64,000 nt of DNA from Hemiscyllium ocellatum (taxonomy: Eukaryota), in assembly GCF_020745735.1 (NCBI RefSeq), contig NW_026867509.1, forward strand, positions 496,001 through 560,000, written 5' to 3'. The notes beneath the pieces are model-generated. The model was not told the origin of the DNA. It saw only the letters and a list, made by a program, of their open reading frames with translations, and did no database searches. The position numbers and the translations under genes are program-made. This document shows positions 36,490 through 49,352 of the stretch, in pieces; the stretch's first letter is position 1, and every line of letters begins with the position of its first letter.

Positions 36490-37520
36490 TTAGCCGTACA
36501 GTTGAATTTAGCGTCATGGCTCAGAGATGCACAGCTTACCCTTCAGTCTAATGCGTCCATGATAACCAGATATCATAAAATAATCCAGCCCCATTTGCCC
36601 ACCTCTGCACCATATCCCTTTCAACTCTTCCATGTAATTAAGCACTCACATGCATTTACTTGTTGTAACTGCAACACCCTCGACAGCTTCATCTGGATGT
36701 TAATTCCGTAGTTCACCACACTCTACATGAGACAATTGCCCCTGAGATCAGTTTAAAATCTGTCCCCCCACCTTCGTATCTAAAATAAATGCTCTCGGTT
36801 TGGACTTCCTAACTCAGGAACTTCCTAACTCCTAAATCACTCGATCAATGTCTTTCATGATTTTATAAACTTCTGTAAATTAACATCTCAGCCTCTGACT
36901 CTCCAGAGAAAGTAGCCTCAACCTATTTAGCGTCTCCTTACACCCGAAAGGCTCCACGCCTGGCACCATCCTTATAAGTATTATCTGAAACATTTCAAGC
37001 TTCACAACATCTTTCCGATAGCAGGGCGACCAGAATTGAACGTAGTATTCCAAAAGTGACAGAACCTAAGTTCTGTATATCAACAACGCGACCTCCTACC
37101 TCCTATGCTTAATGTACGGACGAAGAAAGGCAAAGGTACCAAACACGTCTTCACGATACTGACTACCTGCGACTTTAATTTCAAAGATTAATAAACTTGT
37201 GCACCATATTGCTTGTCTGGCAAGACTACCCAGTACCTGATCTGTAAGTGTACAACCATGCCCTGATTTTCCCTGTTAAAACGTTGCAGCTCATTATTAT
37301 CTGGCCTGAACTCCATCTGCCATTCCACCATCCATCGACCCATCTGGTCAAGGTCCCATTGTATTCTTTGTTCACTACACCAAAAAATGATATCACCTGC
37401 AATCTTACTATCCACACCTCTTTTATTCACATTCTAATCATATATACATAAGTGACAAAAAACAGCGAGACAAGCAGCGAACCTTGTGGCACATCGATGG
37501 ACACAGTACTTCCATTCGAA
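36490..37520 (-). mobile_element. CR1 LINE RT 3' fragment
   Basis: DLDQMGRWMVEWQMEF-type RT remnant. Confidence 0.7.
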
Positions 37521-37905
37521 AAGCAATCTTCCACCACTACCTTTGGAAGAAACACCGGATCAGATTGCTCTGAAAGGAAGAAGTGAAACTAAACACAAGA
37601 TATCAGATGTGGATGCCATCTGGTATCAGTGACTCTTGAAAGGCATCAGACATTCCAACAGGAATCGACTGACGACTACACCATGAACGACATCACTGAC
37701 AGATGTACTCAGCATTTACAAAACTCAAAATTTTAACAGTGACCAACCAGCATTATTTGAACAACTGCGGTGTTTTCAGTGAGAGGGGGAAATTAGGGTT
37801 ACTCAAGACTCATGGGGTTCGAATTTTCGCTTACTTCTGTCATAATCTGCGGAGAATGTTTTAGAATCATGGCATGCCGAGCCATATCATTTAGCGTTAT
37901 AAGTG

Positions 37906-38335
37906 TACCAAACTTTATAATAATAGGCGGCAGTATCTTTAACATTCACCTTCTGAGCATTCAGCAAAATGTCTTTTCAGCTTTACCCGTCCTCACAACA
38001 AACCGTCCTCCTGATAAGATTCAGTCCCGCTCTGTCCCAGTCCATGCTTGTCTGAAGAAATCTCCCCGCTGCAATGAATATGCAAAGAAATCACCATAGA
38101 AAACACAGTCGATGATGAGAGACTGGCACTTTGCTTTGTTGTCCGCTGGTAGGGTCTGTACCACTGAATGACTGACAGTTATTGGTCTGCACAGTGGAAC
38201 TGAACAAGAAACATCGCCTGTTTTATTTTTTCATGGATTCGGGGAGCTCTGTACTAAATGTGCACAATGTTAGATTTTTGGATCCATAATCCCGGGTAAA
38301 TAGTCACACAGTGTAAGGACAAGAATAAGTCCCAT
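37906..38335 (-). pseudogene. NAR-TCR V pseudogene (putative leader 38335-38293, V exon 38199-37906)
   Basis: VVQTLPADNKAKCQSLIIDCVFYGDFFAYSLQRGDFFRQAWTGTERD*ILSGGRFVVRTGKAEKTF, frameshift, LNAQKVNVKDTAAYYYKV. NAR-type GGRF, short CDR2-less length and an extra FR1 Cys (KCQS). Leader MGLILVLTLCDYLP has a GG instead of GT donor. Confidence 0.82.
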
Positions 38336-39259
38336 TGTGCTTCTGCCTGGTGCAGGAGATGTCTAATGTGAAAGCTGAAATTTCCTCTGGGAAATGGGAG
38401 AGAAAGGCTGCACTGACATACTGAAGAAGGATCAATTTAATTTGCAGAAGCAGCTGTCCATGATCCGGAAGTGAAATTCTTTCCTGCCTTACTCTGGCGT
38501 ACGGCGGTCGGGTTGGAAACTGTTCTGTGAATAAAGGCTGCCTTCCTCCGTGCACCCAGAGAGATGAGCTGGGAAGTTGGGTAATGTGGTTTCATTGATG
38601 CTGATCTATGAGCTTGAAATGTTTGCCCAGGACAGCAGGAATTTTTCACATTCTGGAAACCTCCATTCATTGCATTCCATTGCTAGCAGGAAGTTATTAA
38701 TATTCACCTGAAATGATTACCAGGATTTTGTTTCAATATGGAATCAGAAGAAGTGCTCCTCAGAGATAATCAATCGGAATCAGTCCAACTTTTGAAAGTC
38801 AGATTCAGGTGTGAGATAATTCAGCCAAATTGTCAATATCCTGGAAAACAGTGCAGAAACATTTTCAACTCTTCTCTTGACTATGGCTTTTAATCGAGCT
38901 TTTGGGTTTGATGGTTGGATACAGCAACTCAGGTTAATTCTGTTGTTACAAATAATCAAGATCTGTCTGAATTTTTCTCAGTATATTTCATGTCTTTTCT
39001 GAAAGCAGGAATATATCTAACTTTACCTTCATATATTCAAATACCGGCTTATCGTGCCTTTTGGAAAAGTGAGTTGCAAAACTTCACTCCATCTGAAACA
39101 AAAGAAATCGTCTTTATCTCTGTATTAAATATTCGAATCCGAATCATCAAACTTGGATTCGAGTTCAAGATTCTGCTAAAGTTTCGAACATTCTTTCCAT
39201 GCTTACCCTGTCAAGACTCTCAATGTCTGATGTGAGCCTGTCAAATGGACTCGTTCTCT

Positions 39260-39600
39260 TCTAGCCTCAAACAGGCAAGCCTCCACTGAAAGGAAAGGCA
39301 GCCCAAATTCTCAAAGATACATTCCACCCTGGCAACGTTTTTCTACAACCTCTGCCACCGTGGAGAAGGTACAGAAGCCTGAACATATGCACCAGCCGGT
39401 TTCAAAATAAGTTCCATCCTACTGTTTTTGCAATACTGAATGGACTCACAAACTCTTATCATTCGCCTGTACCAATGCTTTTGTTTTTGCCGATGTTTAC
39501 CTGTTATTTACTTATTTATGCGACTTAACTTTGTGATCAGCCTGTATTGCTCTCAAGACAAAACATTTTACTGTGCCTTGGTTCACGTGACTATAAATTT
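39260..39600 (+). mobile_element. L2/Rex-like LINE 3' end
   Basis: Decayed 'TSRFKNSF.P' terminal motif and T-rich tail; by eye. Confidence 0.45.
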
Positions 39601-42059
39601 AATTTATTTCGATTCAATTCTATATTTTTCCTTTCCATTCCATCACAAGACTTCCCATTCACAGCATCATTGACAAATATAACGACATAAATTCGCCATT
39701 TGAGCATTCACCACGTTTATTTTTATGGCCCTTTGTTTGATCGGGATGTTTTACATTAATTCCTTTAAAAGTGGCATTTTTTCTGATAATAAAGGAAGCA
39801 CGTTATCAATGTGCTTTTTCCGCTTTAATATGATGTTGTTTCTTGTGATGGCTACCATTCGATTGTTTGAATGATGTCATGGATCCCATATTCCACAAGG
39901 ATAAGATGAAATAAATGCTCTTCTATTTTAATGGGCAGACTCCTAATGAGTGAATTATCACTCTGTTATCGTAACTGAAAAACAATTATAGAAAGTCACT
40001 GACAATACTATTGTTGATGAAGTACTACATTATTATTATAGAAATATGTTTGTAACATGGCATTGACCACTGTCCTGTGATGCACTAGTGCAGTGTCACA
40101 ACAGTTCATATCAAGTTTTCTTGTGTTACTCATGGTTTTATTAAAGGTGAAGGACCTTCTTGCAATTTCTGTGTAAAGGTAAAACTTTTGTGTTTTTTGA
40201 ATGTCGTTCACTTTGAAAGTACATTCTGTAGGATGCTACACATATGCAGCTATGACGTGTTTCTAATTCGGCATCAAATCTGTGGACAAACAGCAATAAT
40301 CACGTAAATATGAACTTTTTGCGTGTCATTCCCTCTGAAATGTTAGAATAATTAACGTAAGTGTCTCATTGATTGAGAAGATCGAAACAAAATGACTAAC
40401 TTTGCAGGATATAATGAATTAATTTACTTAAATTTACGTTAGTTGGCGGCGAGATAATGAAGTGGAACGTTCAGCTGTGAGGACGTTCTTTCTGAGATTG
40501 AGTTTTCCCTGTCAGTTCTTTCCATTCATTCGCCCTGATGCAAAAATATTAACTGATTATTAGCTAAGGAGGTCAGAGTGAGAATTGCATCCCACTGAAC
40601 AGTCACATTCCAATTCAGAGTAACACTTTTTGACATTCACTTTTATGGTTTGAGGATAAACTTAAGCAAGTTGACCACCAACTTCGCTAACAGCGAAACT
40701 TGTCACAAACAGGTTTTGTAAGTGATCACTTTTGATTATCAGTCGGGTAGAAAATGTATTCTTGTTCGGTTCCAAACGTATGACTTCGATTTGTAATATA
40801 TCAACTCAATACATTCCATGACATCACATGGCATTCATTTTCTTATTTACTCGATGATGCTGTGTTGATTTTCTTTTATTTTAAATTCCTGGTTTCTGAC
40901 TTCGGTTTAATTCTATCAGAATGCATTAACATTCGATTGACCTGGTAAACATAATTTCATGGCAGAGTGATTGTTTTTGAAATAAGAGGTAAGTTATGAA
41001 TTAGATTCAGTATCACCAAGTCCTCCAAAATGGTTGGGGGAATTTGTTTGGAGTTGAAACAGTAACGGATCTGTACTCCATTAAACACCCACAATATGTC
41101 TCTCTCCCTCTCTCTTTCTCTTTCTCTGACATTTCCTTTCTTTGTCTCATCCTCTTCCTTATTATATCAACTAATTAATTCGGTGATTGCACTCCATGTT
41201 TCGAATTTTATCAGTATCAGCTGGTTTCCTTAGTTGTGGTGGTATTTTAGGCATGATTATGACTGCAATGTTCAATTTGATTCCATTATTTGTCTTCCAT
41301 TCAGTTATCTCTCTAGTAGATGCAAGCAATTACTGTTTTGCCTTAATTTCTCCAACTATTGACGTTTCGGCCTTGTTATCTCTCTTCTTTTTTATTTGTT
41401 TCTGGGCCCTCCAAGCAAGAAAATCAGAATGAAACATTGTATACAGTAATAATTCCATGTGTTAATGAACAACGTTAAACACAAAAAAAAGTGTTTCCTA
41501 ATTTAAAATGCGCACGATTTAATGAAGTAATACACTGATACATTGAGTTCCTCGTGGATATCTAAGCAGTACAAGTTGATCACTTTTAGAAACCCTTCAT
41601 TATTTCAAAAAATGCAATATGTTCTTTCTGAATCTCTGAACATTTCCTGATTTTGGCCATCAATCTTTCCAATGGCAAATAATTTTGCATGGTTTTGTCT
41701 GATGCGTCAAATTTAATCTTCAGAAAGATATGACTTTTTATCTACGTAGTTTCCACATTAATTTTGGATTATTTTCCAATTTCTCGGCAAGAGTATATTT
41801 CCATATTACTTTGCCAATATGATCATCATAGTACCTCATTGTCTTTTACTTCACGCCTCTGATTAGGATTATGATGTATTTTGCTCTCTGATGTGTGTTA
41901 TTATATTGACTTGTACTCGTATTCCATTGACCTATTTGTATTCTAATTCAGGAATCACGGTATCCCTACTATTCAGAGAGAGACCATTCAAAGCATTAAC
42001 TGAACTGGAATTCTTGGAAGACCAACTACCCAATCTCTGTAATACCACATTCACCAGAG

Positions 42060-42270
42060 TTAACCCAACTTGCCAAACATTTTATGGACACTATGTGATA
42101 ACTTATCATAGCCAATAAGACTAACCTGCATAACTTGGGCCTCAGGGAGGAAAGTGGAGCACACAGAGGAAACATGACACGATTATACAAACTCAACATA
42201 AGAAATCACCCGAGGATGGGTACCTGGTGCTATGAAATACCAGGCCTCGCCATTTTGTCACTGTACCACC
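42060..42270 (-). mobile_element. Old HE1-type SINE remnant
   Basis: Diverged similarity to HE1 copies in this window. Confidence 0.5.
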
Positions 42271-42429
42271 CTAAGAGGCTTTCCCCATGGGAATAACTGT
42301 CAGAATGCTAATGTGCAATTTCCAATTCAAATTCACGTCTCAAAAATACCGATTTCCTACAAAACCTTTAAATAATTCTCGTTATCCGTTGATATCAGAT
42401 TCTATTTCTCCTCATATTCTACATGCATG

Positions 42430-43309
42430 TGTATGTGTCATTATGATATGTAACCTGATTGTGATCCTTTCCCAAAGAAAATGCGGTTTTTCTAGCTACC
42501 TTAGTTATTACCTGGTGTCCATGGAAGTGGTAGATCTCCTGGACGTGGTAACTGCTGTAAGAAGAAACCACGTTGTGGGAATTTATTTCCCATCAAGTTT
42601 CTTGCTCATCACTCGGGTGTGCAGTCATCATCTCCACAGTTATAAATTGCTCAGGATGGTTTACCGTTAGGCTTACGTTTGATCGATTTGCTTCCATTAC
42701 TTGTCAGAAACTGAAAATTACATACAGCATGTAACAGACAGTGACACTGGTAATTGGAAACGTGACTGTACTCATCTGTATAAAAATGCCATTTTTTTGT
42801 TTAATTGATAAATCTGTCGACATAATTAAATAGTGTACCCTGGTTCTGCAACGTAAAATTAATACTTATATGTTCCCTGCATGGGCAGCTTTTGATTGGA
42901 TTTGTGCTATTTAACCCGTTTGCCTTTCTGTCTTTCATTCTGATTTTAAGAATGAGTGCTCAAATTGTCAGACATATTATAGTAGCCAATACAGCCAGCA
43001 GGACACTCCGAATTCAGAGCAGTGGAGAATATCAAAGGGATGCAGAGATGGGGAAACACAAAAAGACCATGGTTTAGTCTTCACCATCTCGGGCAGCTTC
43101 ATTCTGTTATATTCTTTATTATTCATAGTTATGATGTATGTCCAAATTGTGAACGTACGTTAATTCTCAGTTTTCAATTTAAGTCAGTTGGCATTTATTC
43201 AGCAGGAAAGTGGATTCCTGCTGCACTTTATGAGTTCCTGAACAACCCAATCATTTATACAGCAGCGCAAAGTAAATTTAGAACCGAGTTTAAAAAAAAA
43301 ATGGTTTGA
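42430..43309 (+). pseudogene. GPR139-like GPCR pseudogene (exon 2)
   Basis: NLIVILSQRKCGFSSYLSYYLVSMEVVDLL...ITRVCS; RHIIVANTASRTLRIQS...DAEM; IYTAAQSKFRTEFKK. Multiple frameshifts. Confidence 0.85.
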
Positions 43310-43916
43310 AGCATCTACTGGGGATCCTTATGAAATTGTGTAAGCTTTGAAAAAAAATAAAACCTAACATAAATTGATGTTAATTTGTCAATTTCGTCTT
43401 ATTCACCGTCATACTGAGATATTCCTTTCAAAATCGCATGCAATCTTCGATCATTTCCCAAAAGATGAGTTAGGGAATGCCGAAGTCATTGCCCTTTTGA
43501 ATGACCGCACATTTCTGATTGGAAACTGTCTTGAATTAGCTTCCCGGTTTCTCCCCGTACAGGAACTGGTCAAAGCATTCCTCAAATCTTCGAAGGTGAA
43601 AATGTGATGTGCAGTCAGCACTAATGATCCTTGCAGATACTCGTCCTTTCCTTTAAATGATCGGTTTCTCTTTGGCCCTTCTTGGAGGGAAGATCAGGAT
43701 CAAACACGCTGCTGCGAGTCTAGAGTAATGTATACTCCGCATCAGGTAAGAGCGGGACTTCGTAAAACAGATGGTGTTTCCAGCAATCAACAAATATTTT
43801 ATGGTCTTCAGCAGGTCCCTTAATTCTAGGTTTATTTTGTTGTAATGAAATTACACCAACTGCCATTGTGGAATTCGTACCTGTCCCAGAATATTCGCTC
43901 GGCTTCTGTATTATTA

Positions 43917-44099
43917 TCGAGATTAGAGTGGAGCTGGAAAAGGACAGCATGTCAGAGAGTGTCCGAGGAGCCAGATAACGACGTTTCGGACAAAAGCCCT
44001 TCATCTGGAATGAAGGGCAATTTGCCTGAAACGTCGAGTATTCGGCTCCTCAGATGCTGACTACCCTGTTGTCCTTTTCCAGCACCACTCTAATCTTGA
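43917..44099. mobile_element. Mini PLE-derived fold-back with two head-to-head hammerhead halves
   Basis: Arms 43917-44003 and 44011-44099 are inverted, with a 7-nt loop tctggaa. Confidence 0.75.
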
Positions 44100-47000
44100 A
44101 TCTAATCTCTAATATCTGCAGTACCCAACTCCTTCAGGATTGGTGGTCTAGCGGTAATCCCATTGAGCAATTGCCTCATTCATTGTTAATTGGATGTATC
44201 ATTGTATATGTACTCTCCCAGTTTGGAATTCCATTTGCATTCATAGCTTGGCTTGACTAGTCCTTTGTCTATGTACGAATGTTCAGACTCTCTTGAAGAA
44301 ATGTCAGAAGCGTCCAGACCTCCCAGTACTGAAGCAATTCCTTGCACTTCTCGTGATCCTGCATGTGAACTTGATTATCTTGTGGGTGAAAACTCTTGCG
44401 CCCAAACTTATTACTCTCTACTTGAGGAGAGGCATCAGTGCACACACCACGGGAAAAAAAAAACATTCACGATTCAATCAGAAGGAGGGAAGCAGCACAA
44501 GGCACCAGAATAGGGGAAGGCGATTGTCGAACAGCATTATCACTTACTCCCAATCCAAAGACCCAGGACACGTTTTGATGACCTTGAATCGAATCCAGCC
44601 ATGTTCAAAGGAGAAATTTAAAATAAATAAATATCTGGGATTGAGAGTCGAACGATGACCTTAAATCGATTGCCTGCGAAAATACAAAAAAGCATGTGTT
44701 TCACTAATGCTTGGTAGGGAGCTAACTGTCATCCTTACCTGGTCTGGCCTACATGTTACTCCAGGCAAACAACAATGTGGTTGACTCTTACTTGCTTTGC
44801 GAGCATTTATGGACGGGTAATAGATGCGGACCTTTGCAGAGATTCAATCATCCAATTAATAAAAGTAGAAGAAAACATATATGATTGCCAAGGCTGAATT
44901 AGTGATTATGGAGGTGGTCAGATTTTACAAGACGTCGTAGAAAAGATTGCAACGCATTTGTTAAAGATTTAAACAAATCTTTAACATAAATCTTTAATCT
45001 TTAATATTATAAACACTTGTGCCAAAAGTCTGCAACAAGTAGAAGACAATCATATGCCTAGCTACTCACCTTGGCCCTCACATAAATTTAAACCTAGAGT
45101 TTGATGTGAGTTATTCTTTTACTGAACTACTGCTTTCATTCTGAACTTTGCCTGTCACCATGAGTATTTAACTCTGAATTTTGCACTTCACCATATTTAA
45201 TATACCGGTCCCCTTCTCTTCCTATATCTCTGCCCTCATTGTGTCTTCAAAAGAGGGGAATTCATACCTGACAAATTTAAAGGAATTGTGGATGAGATGG
45301 AGATAGCAAAAATAAAAGGAAATGAGGAGGTATAATATAGGTGAATTCCCAGATGACGTGTGATAAGTTTTTCATCTATTAATGAACAAAGAGACGATCA
45401 CGCTGCAGGTCACATATGATCGTGGGCAGAGGACTGGAGAACGAACAGGATACCATTTATGGAATCAAGAACTTGCTTTAGTTTTGTTACTGATTGTTGG
45501 CACCACTAAATTAAGATGTCAGTGAACATGGACAGGAATTCCAGAAAATCAAAATGAGGCCCTTCAGAAAAACAAGCCAGTGGAGACCGAAAAATAATGG
45601 TGTTGTGCAGAAGCAGAGATTCGCTAGCAGATTGTAATATTGTATCATTTCAATTCAAAGACCAAACAATAGAGAGAGAGTGGTTATGGCACTTTAATTC
45701 GTTCAACCTCCAATCCAAGTGTCTGCCATTACATGAGGAGACAAACATACAGCACACATGAATGCAAATATGCATGTGCACATGGGCACACGAATGAGAA
45801 AATCGAAGAGGAACATCGACAAAGAAAATCTCACAGTCTTCCCTTGCTATATAAACAGTTAATGGATGATGAATGAGATTAGACCAGAATAGCATGTTTG
45901 GTCAGTTCAGACAAGTTCACTGAAGGATCTGCTTCCATGCTAGACGACACTATTATGTCATAAATGAGGAATATATATAAACAGAGAGCAGCAAAATGGG
46001 ATTATCACTTGGAATTTGGGGGCATGACTAATGTGTAATGTAAATACTTTTGCATCTATCTTTACAAGTGATGAAGTTTCTTTCTCGGCTATGGGGACAG
46101 AGGAGGAAATGTTCTTTTTTTACCGGAAGCATTCAAAATTTAGAAGAACGAAGGCGTGGATAGACTTGTGACACATTTAATAAGGCACTGGGATCGAACA
46201 AGATACATCCAATGATAGTGAAGGAAATAAGGGGAGAAATTGTGGGAACACTGGCCGTAATCTTTCAGTCTACCATTGTTTCGAGGACATGCCAGAACTG
46301 TCGACACGTTAACATGGTTTCTTCTTCCAGTACAGGTGATCAACCCCACCAACATCCCCAGTCTCTCCTTCTGTTTTCATTTCTGAATAATTGTCTCTTT
46401 CCTTGTTGTAAAAACGACATCTGGTTGACACTAACTGGAATTTTCATCTTTTTTTTCTCTACAGGGTTTTCTGAATCTCTGTAGATTTGTGAACCCCATG
46501 GCACAGAGATGTATGGCCATACTGGGCATAATTCCGGCGATATTGAAATATCGTTATTTTACTTTGGGCAAATTATCAGAGCACCGTCCAGTTAAAACTG
46601 GAAACTTCTCTTCACTCTCCATGGTAGACATCTATAGTTAATATTTTGGAGCTTCGCAATGATACCTGATTTACAAGAAAATTGTTGGAGTGGATTAGGT
46701 TGTCAAATAACGGGAGTCCTGAATATTGCAATCTCGCTTCGAATCATTAATTCAAATTGATCTTTTGACATTGAATCTTTGCGATTCAATCCAGTAACAC
46801 AGTTACAATGTGTTGCAAACTTCGAACAATAAATACAACGCCTGAAACTTGCCGTACATATTGAGAATATAATGCACGAGGTAACAACACAGTCATATTC
46901 AGTGAAAGTCATAAGGAGCACATGGTGTCTGGTTTAGAGTTGAACAAGAAATTAAGAGAATATCATTCGATAATTATTCTAATCGTGATCAGTGATCAGT

Positions 47001-47633
47001 ATCAGACTTTGGTTAGTTAGAAGATAGGGTCTTCCCTTGAGGCATGATTGGCTGTCCTGACTGCGCTGATCATATCTACATGACAATTATTGAGCGCCAC
47101 TGTCATTATCTTCCTCCGATTGTTCCTCTGTATTTCGAAATATCCGTTTTTCTCTGTGTCTTTTCCTGGATCTCTGTCGCTGTCATGAAACGAGCACTGC
47201 TTGAAACAGACATTACGTCTGTAGTAAAATACATCGCAATGAAGACTGGATGAATAATCTTGAAATGAACACAGTTTGACAGGTTTAACAAACACAAACC
47301 AGAGTACAACAGTCGATGGTGAGGAATCCATGTAGAATTTACGCTTTAGAACTGGATTGATGGATGATCTATCAATTAGTTTAATCCTAATGAATACTGA
47401 TCAAAGACCATTCAAACAGCACCCTGAAATTAAAATTGTTAAGCACTGACTGAGAATCTGAAGTGGACATGAAGTTAAAGATAAATAAATTGAAAGATTC
47501 ATGTATTCTGAGACGATAGAGGGAATAAACAATGCATTTTATCAGATTTAATAATTCCAAAATGTTGACAATTATTTTGCTTGCAAATGTCGGCAATTAA
47601 ATCTTCATGTAGTATTTCATCCACTGCTGCAAA

Positions 47634-47761
47634 NNNNNNNNNNNNNNNNNNNNNNNNNNNNNNNNNNNNNNNNNNNNNNNNNNNNNNNNNNNNNNNNNNN
47701 NNNNNNNNNNNNNNNNNNNNNNNNNNNNNNNNNNNNNNNNNNNNNNNNNNNNNNNNNNNNN
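47634..47761. other. Assembly gap (N run)
   Basis: 128 N. Confidence 1.
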
Positions 47762-48160
47762 AAAGAGAACAGGCCATGCTTTTCTCTCCTGGTTTCAACG
47801 GACAGCCAACCCCTGAGTGTGATATTAAATTACGTCTGTTGAGAACACCCCAGAAAAATCCTGTTATTGTGAATTCTGCCTATCAGTCTCCCTATATAGG
47901 AGAATGTGAAGCTTTCCTCTTTGCTGCTCCAGCGCCATCGGTTAGATCCTGACATTGTCAACGAATCCTGATTTGCAAACAAACGATTTAATGACTTGTG
48001 TCCTATCTATCTTCATCGTCGTGAACATAAAGTCGTGCAAACACTTAATCTCATTTGGAGCTCTGAGGTTCTTGATATCTTACGAGATTTTTCAATCAGA
48101 CGCCTTGGTCTACCATTTCTAAATATATTGTGGCGTTTGCATGTTGTTTACTTTCTTCAG

Positions 48161-48469
48161 CGGTTTTCTGTGAAGATCAGAGATCTCAAGATAATCAGAT
48201 GATCGGCCTGGAAATTAAATGAATTGAACTTAATTGCAGGCTCTACATTAGTGCTAGGAGTATGGTGGCCTGGTATCGACAAATTTCATCAAAGGCTCCA
48301 ACATATACGAGGGTAATCAGAGCGCAGGCCATTACATGCTGTGGTTTGACCGCGTGAAGACGTTCAACATCATCCCTATCGGTGATTCTGTGGTCGAGGA
48401 TGTCGGAATGTATTACTTTGCAAAGGCAGATATGGTGAGGGAAATTTCATTTCTGGCTGTGCAACATCT
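48161..48469 (+). pseudogene. Short Ig-type (NAR-length) V pseudogene with 23-RSS
   Basis: ctttcttcag acceptor; VFCEDQRSQDNQMIGLEIK*IELNCRLYISARSMVAWYRQISSKAPTY, frameshift, EGNQSAGHYMLWFDRVKTFNIIPIGDSVVEDVGMYYFAK. RSS tatggtg-23-gcaacatct at 48431-48469. Confidence 0.75.
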
Positions 48470-48682
48470 TGGCAGTATTATGTCTCTCGTTTCCCTTCAA
48501 CTCTTTCTGTACGATAATTTAAAAAAATAACAGTGATCCCAGTAACAATTACTCTCTGATGTTGAAACTTGCCAAGCAATTAACGTACAAAATGTTAATA
48601 ACTGTTGCGACAAATTGAATATCAGAAGTTTTTTCAAAAAATGTTCGCAGTTGGAAAACGCTTCAGATAAAGGAATAAGACT

Positions 48683-48959
48683 NNNNNNNNNNNNNNNNNN
48701 NNNNNNNNNNNNNNNNNNNNNNNNNNNNNNNNNNNNNNNNNNNNNNNNNNNNNNNNNNNNNNNNNNNNNNNNNNNNNNNNNNNNNNNNNNNNNNNNNNNN
48801 NNNNNNNNNNNNNNNNNNNNNNNNNNNNNNNNNNNNNNNNNNNNNNNNNNNNNNNNNNNNNNNNNNNNNNNNNNNNNNNNNNNNNNNNNNNNNNNNNNNN
48901 NNNNNNNNNNNNNNNNNNNNNNNNNNNNNNNNNNNNNNNNNNNNNNNNNNNNNNNNNNN
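48683..48959. other. Assembly gap (N run)
   Basis: 277 N. Confidence 1.
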
Positions 48960-49352
48960 AAGAAACGTAAAACTATTCATGGCAAAGTCTTTTGTTTGCA
49001 GCTGTCAGAGAACAACAGGTTTTTGTTGAGATTAAAATGCTGACTATGAAGTGATAGTAATTCCCTGCAAAGGAAATGGTTACAATTACATTTAAATAGA
49101 GAGGATGGCATTGACCATATTCAATCAGTTCGTATTTGAACTGGAAAATCAGTAAATTTCAGAGAATAATGTATCGAGATAGCCAAATGCATGAACCATG
49201 TTTTAAAACATAAAAATAAAATTGCAAGCGAACCTTATCTGTCCATGCTCAGGGGTCTGTGTTTCATAACTTTCGTGGTTCTCTGTAAGCTCTTGGTGTT
49301 TCTGGATGTGAAAGCGCCCTCTGATGAGCACTGACTAGAATTCGAAATTGGA

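Noticed and set aside
38304-38670. ORFs with FTLDISCTRQKHNGTYSC and TAVRQSKAGK, looking like another V
   Set aside because: The YSC-like stretch is an alternate frame of the NAR V leader, the motifs are in different frames, and RSS spacing is non-canonical.
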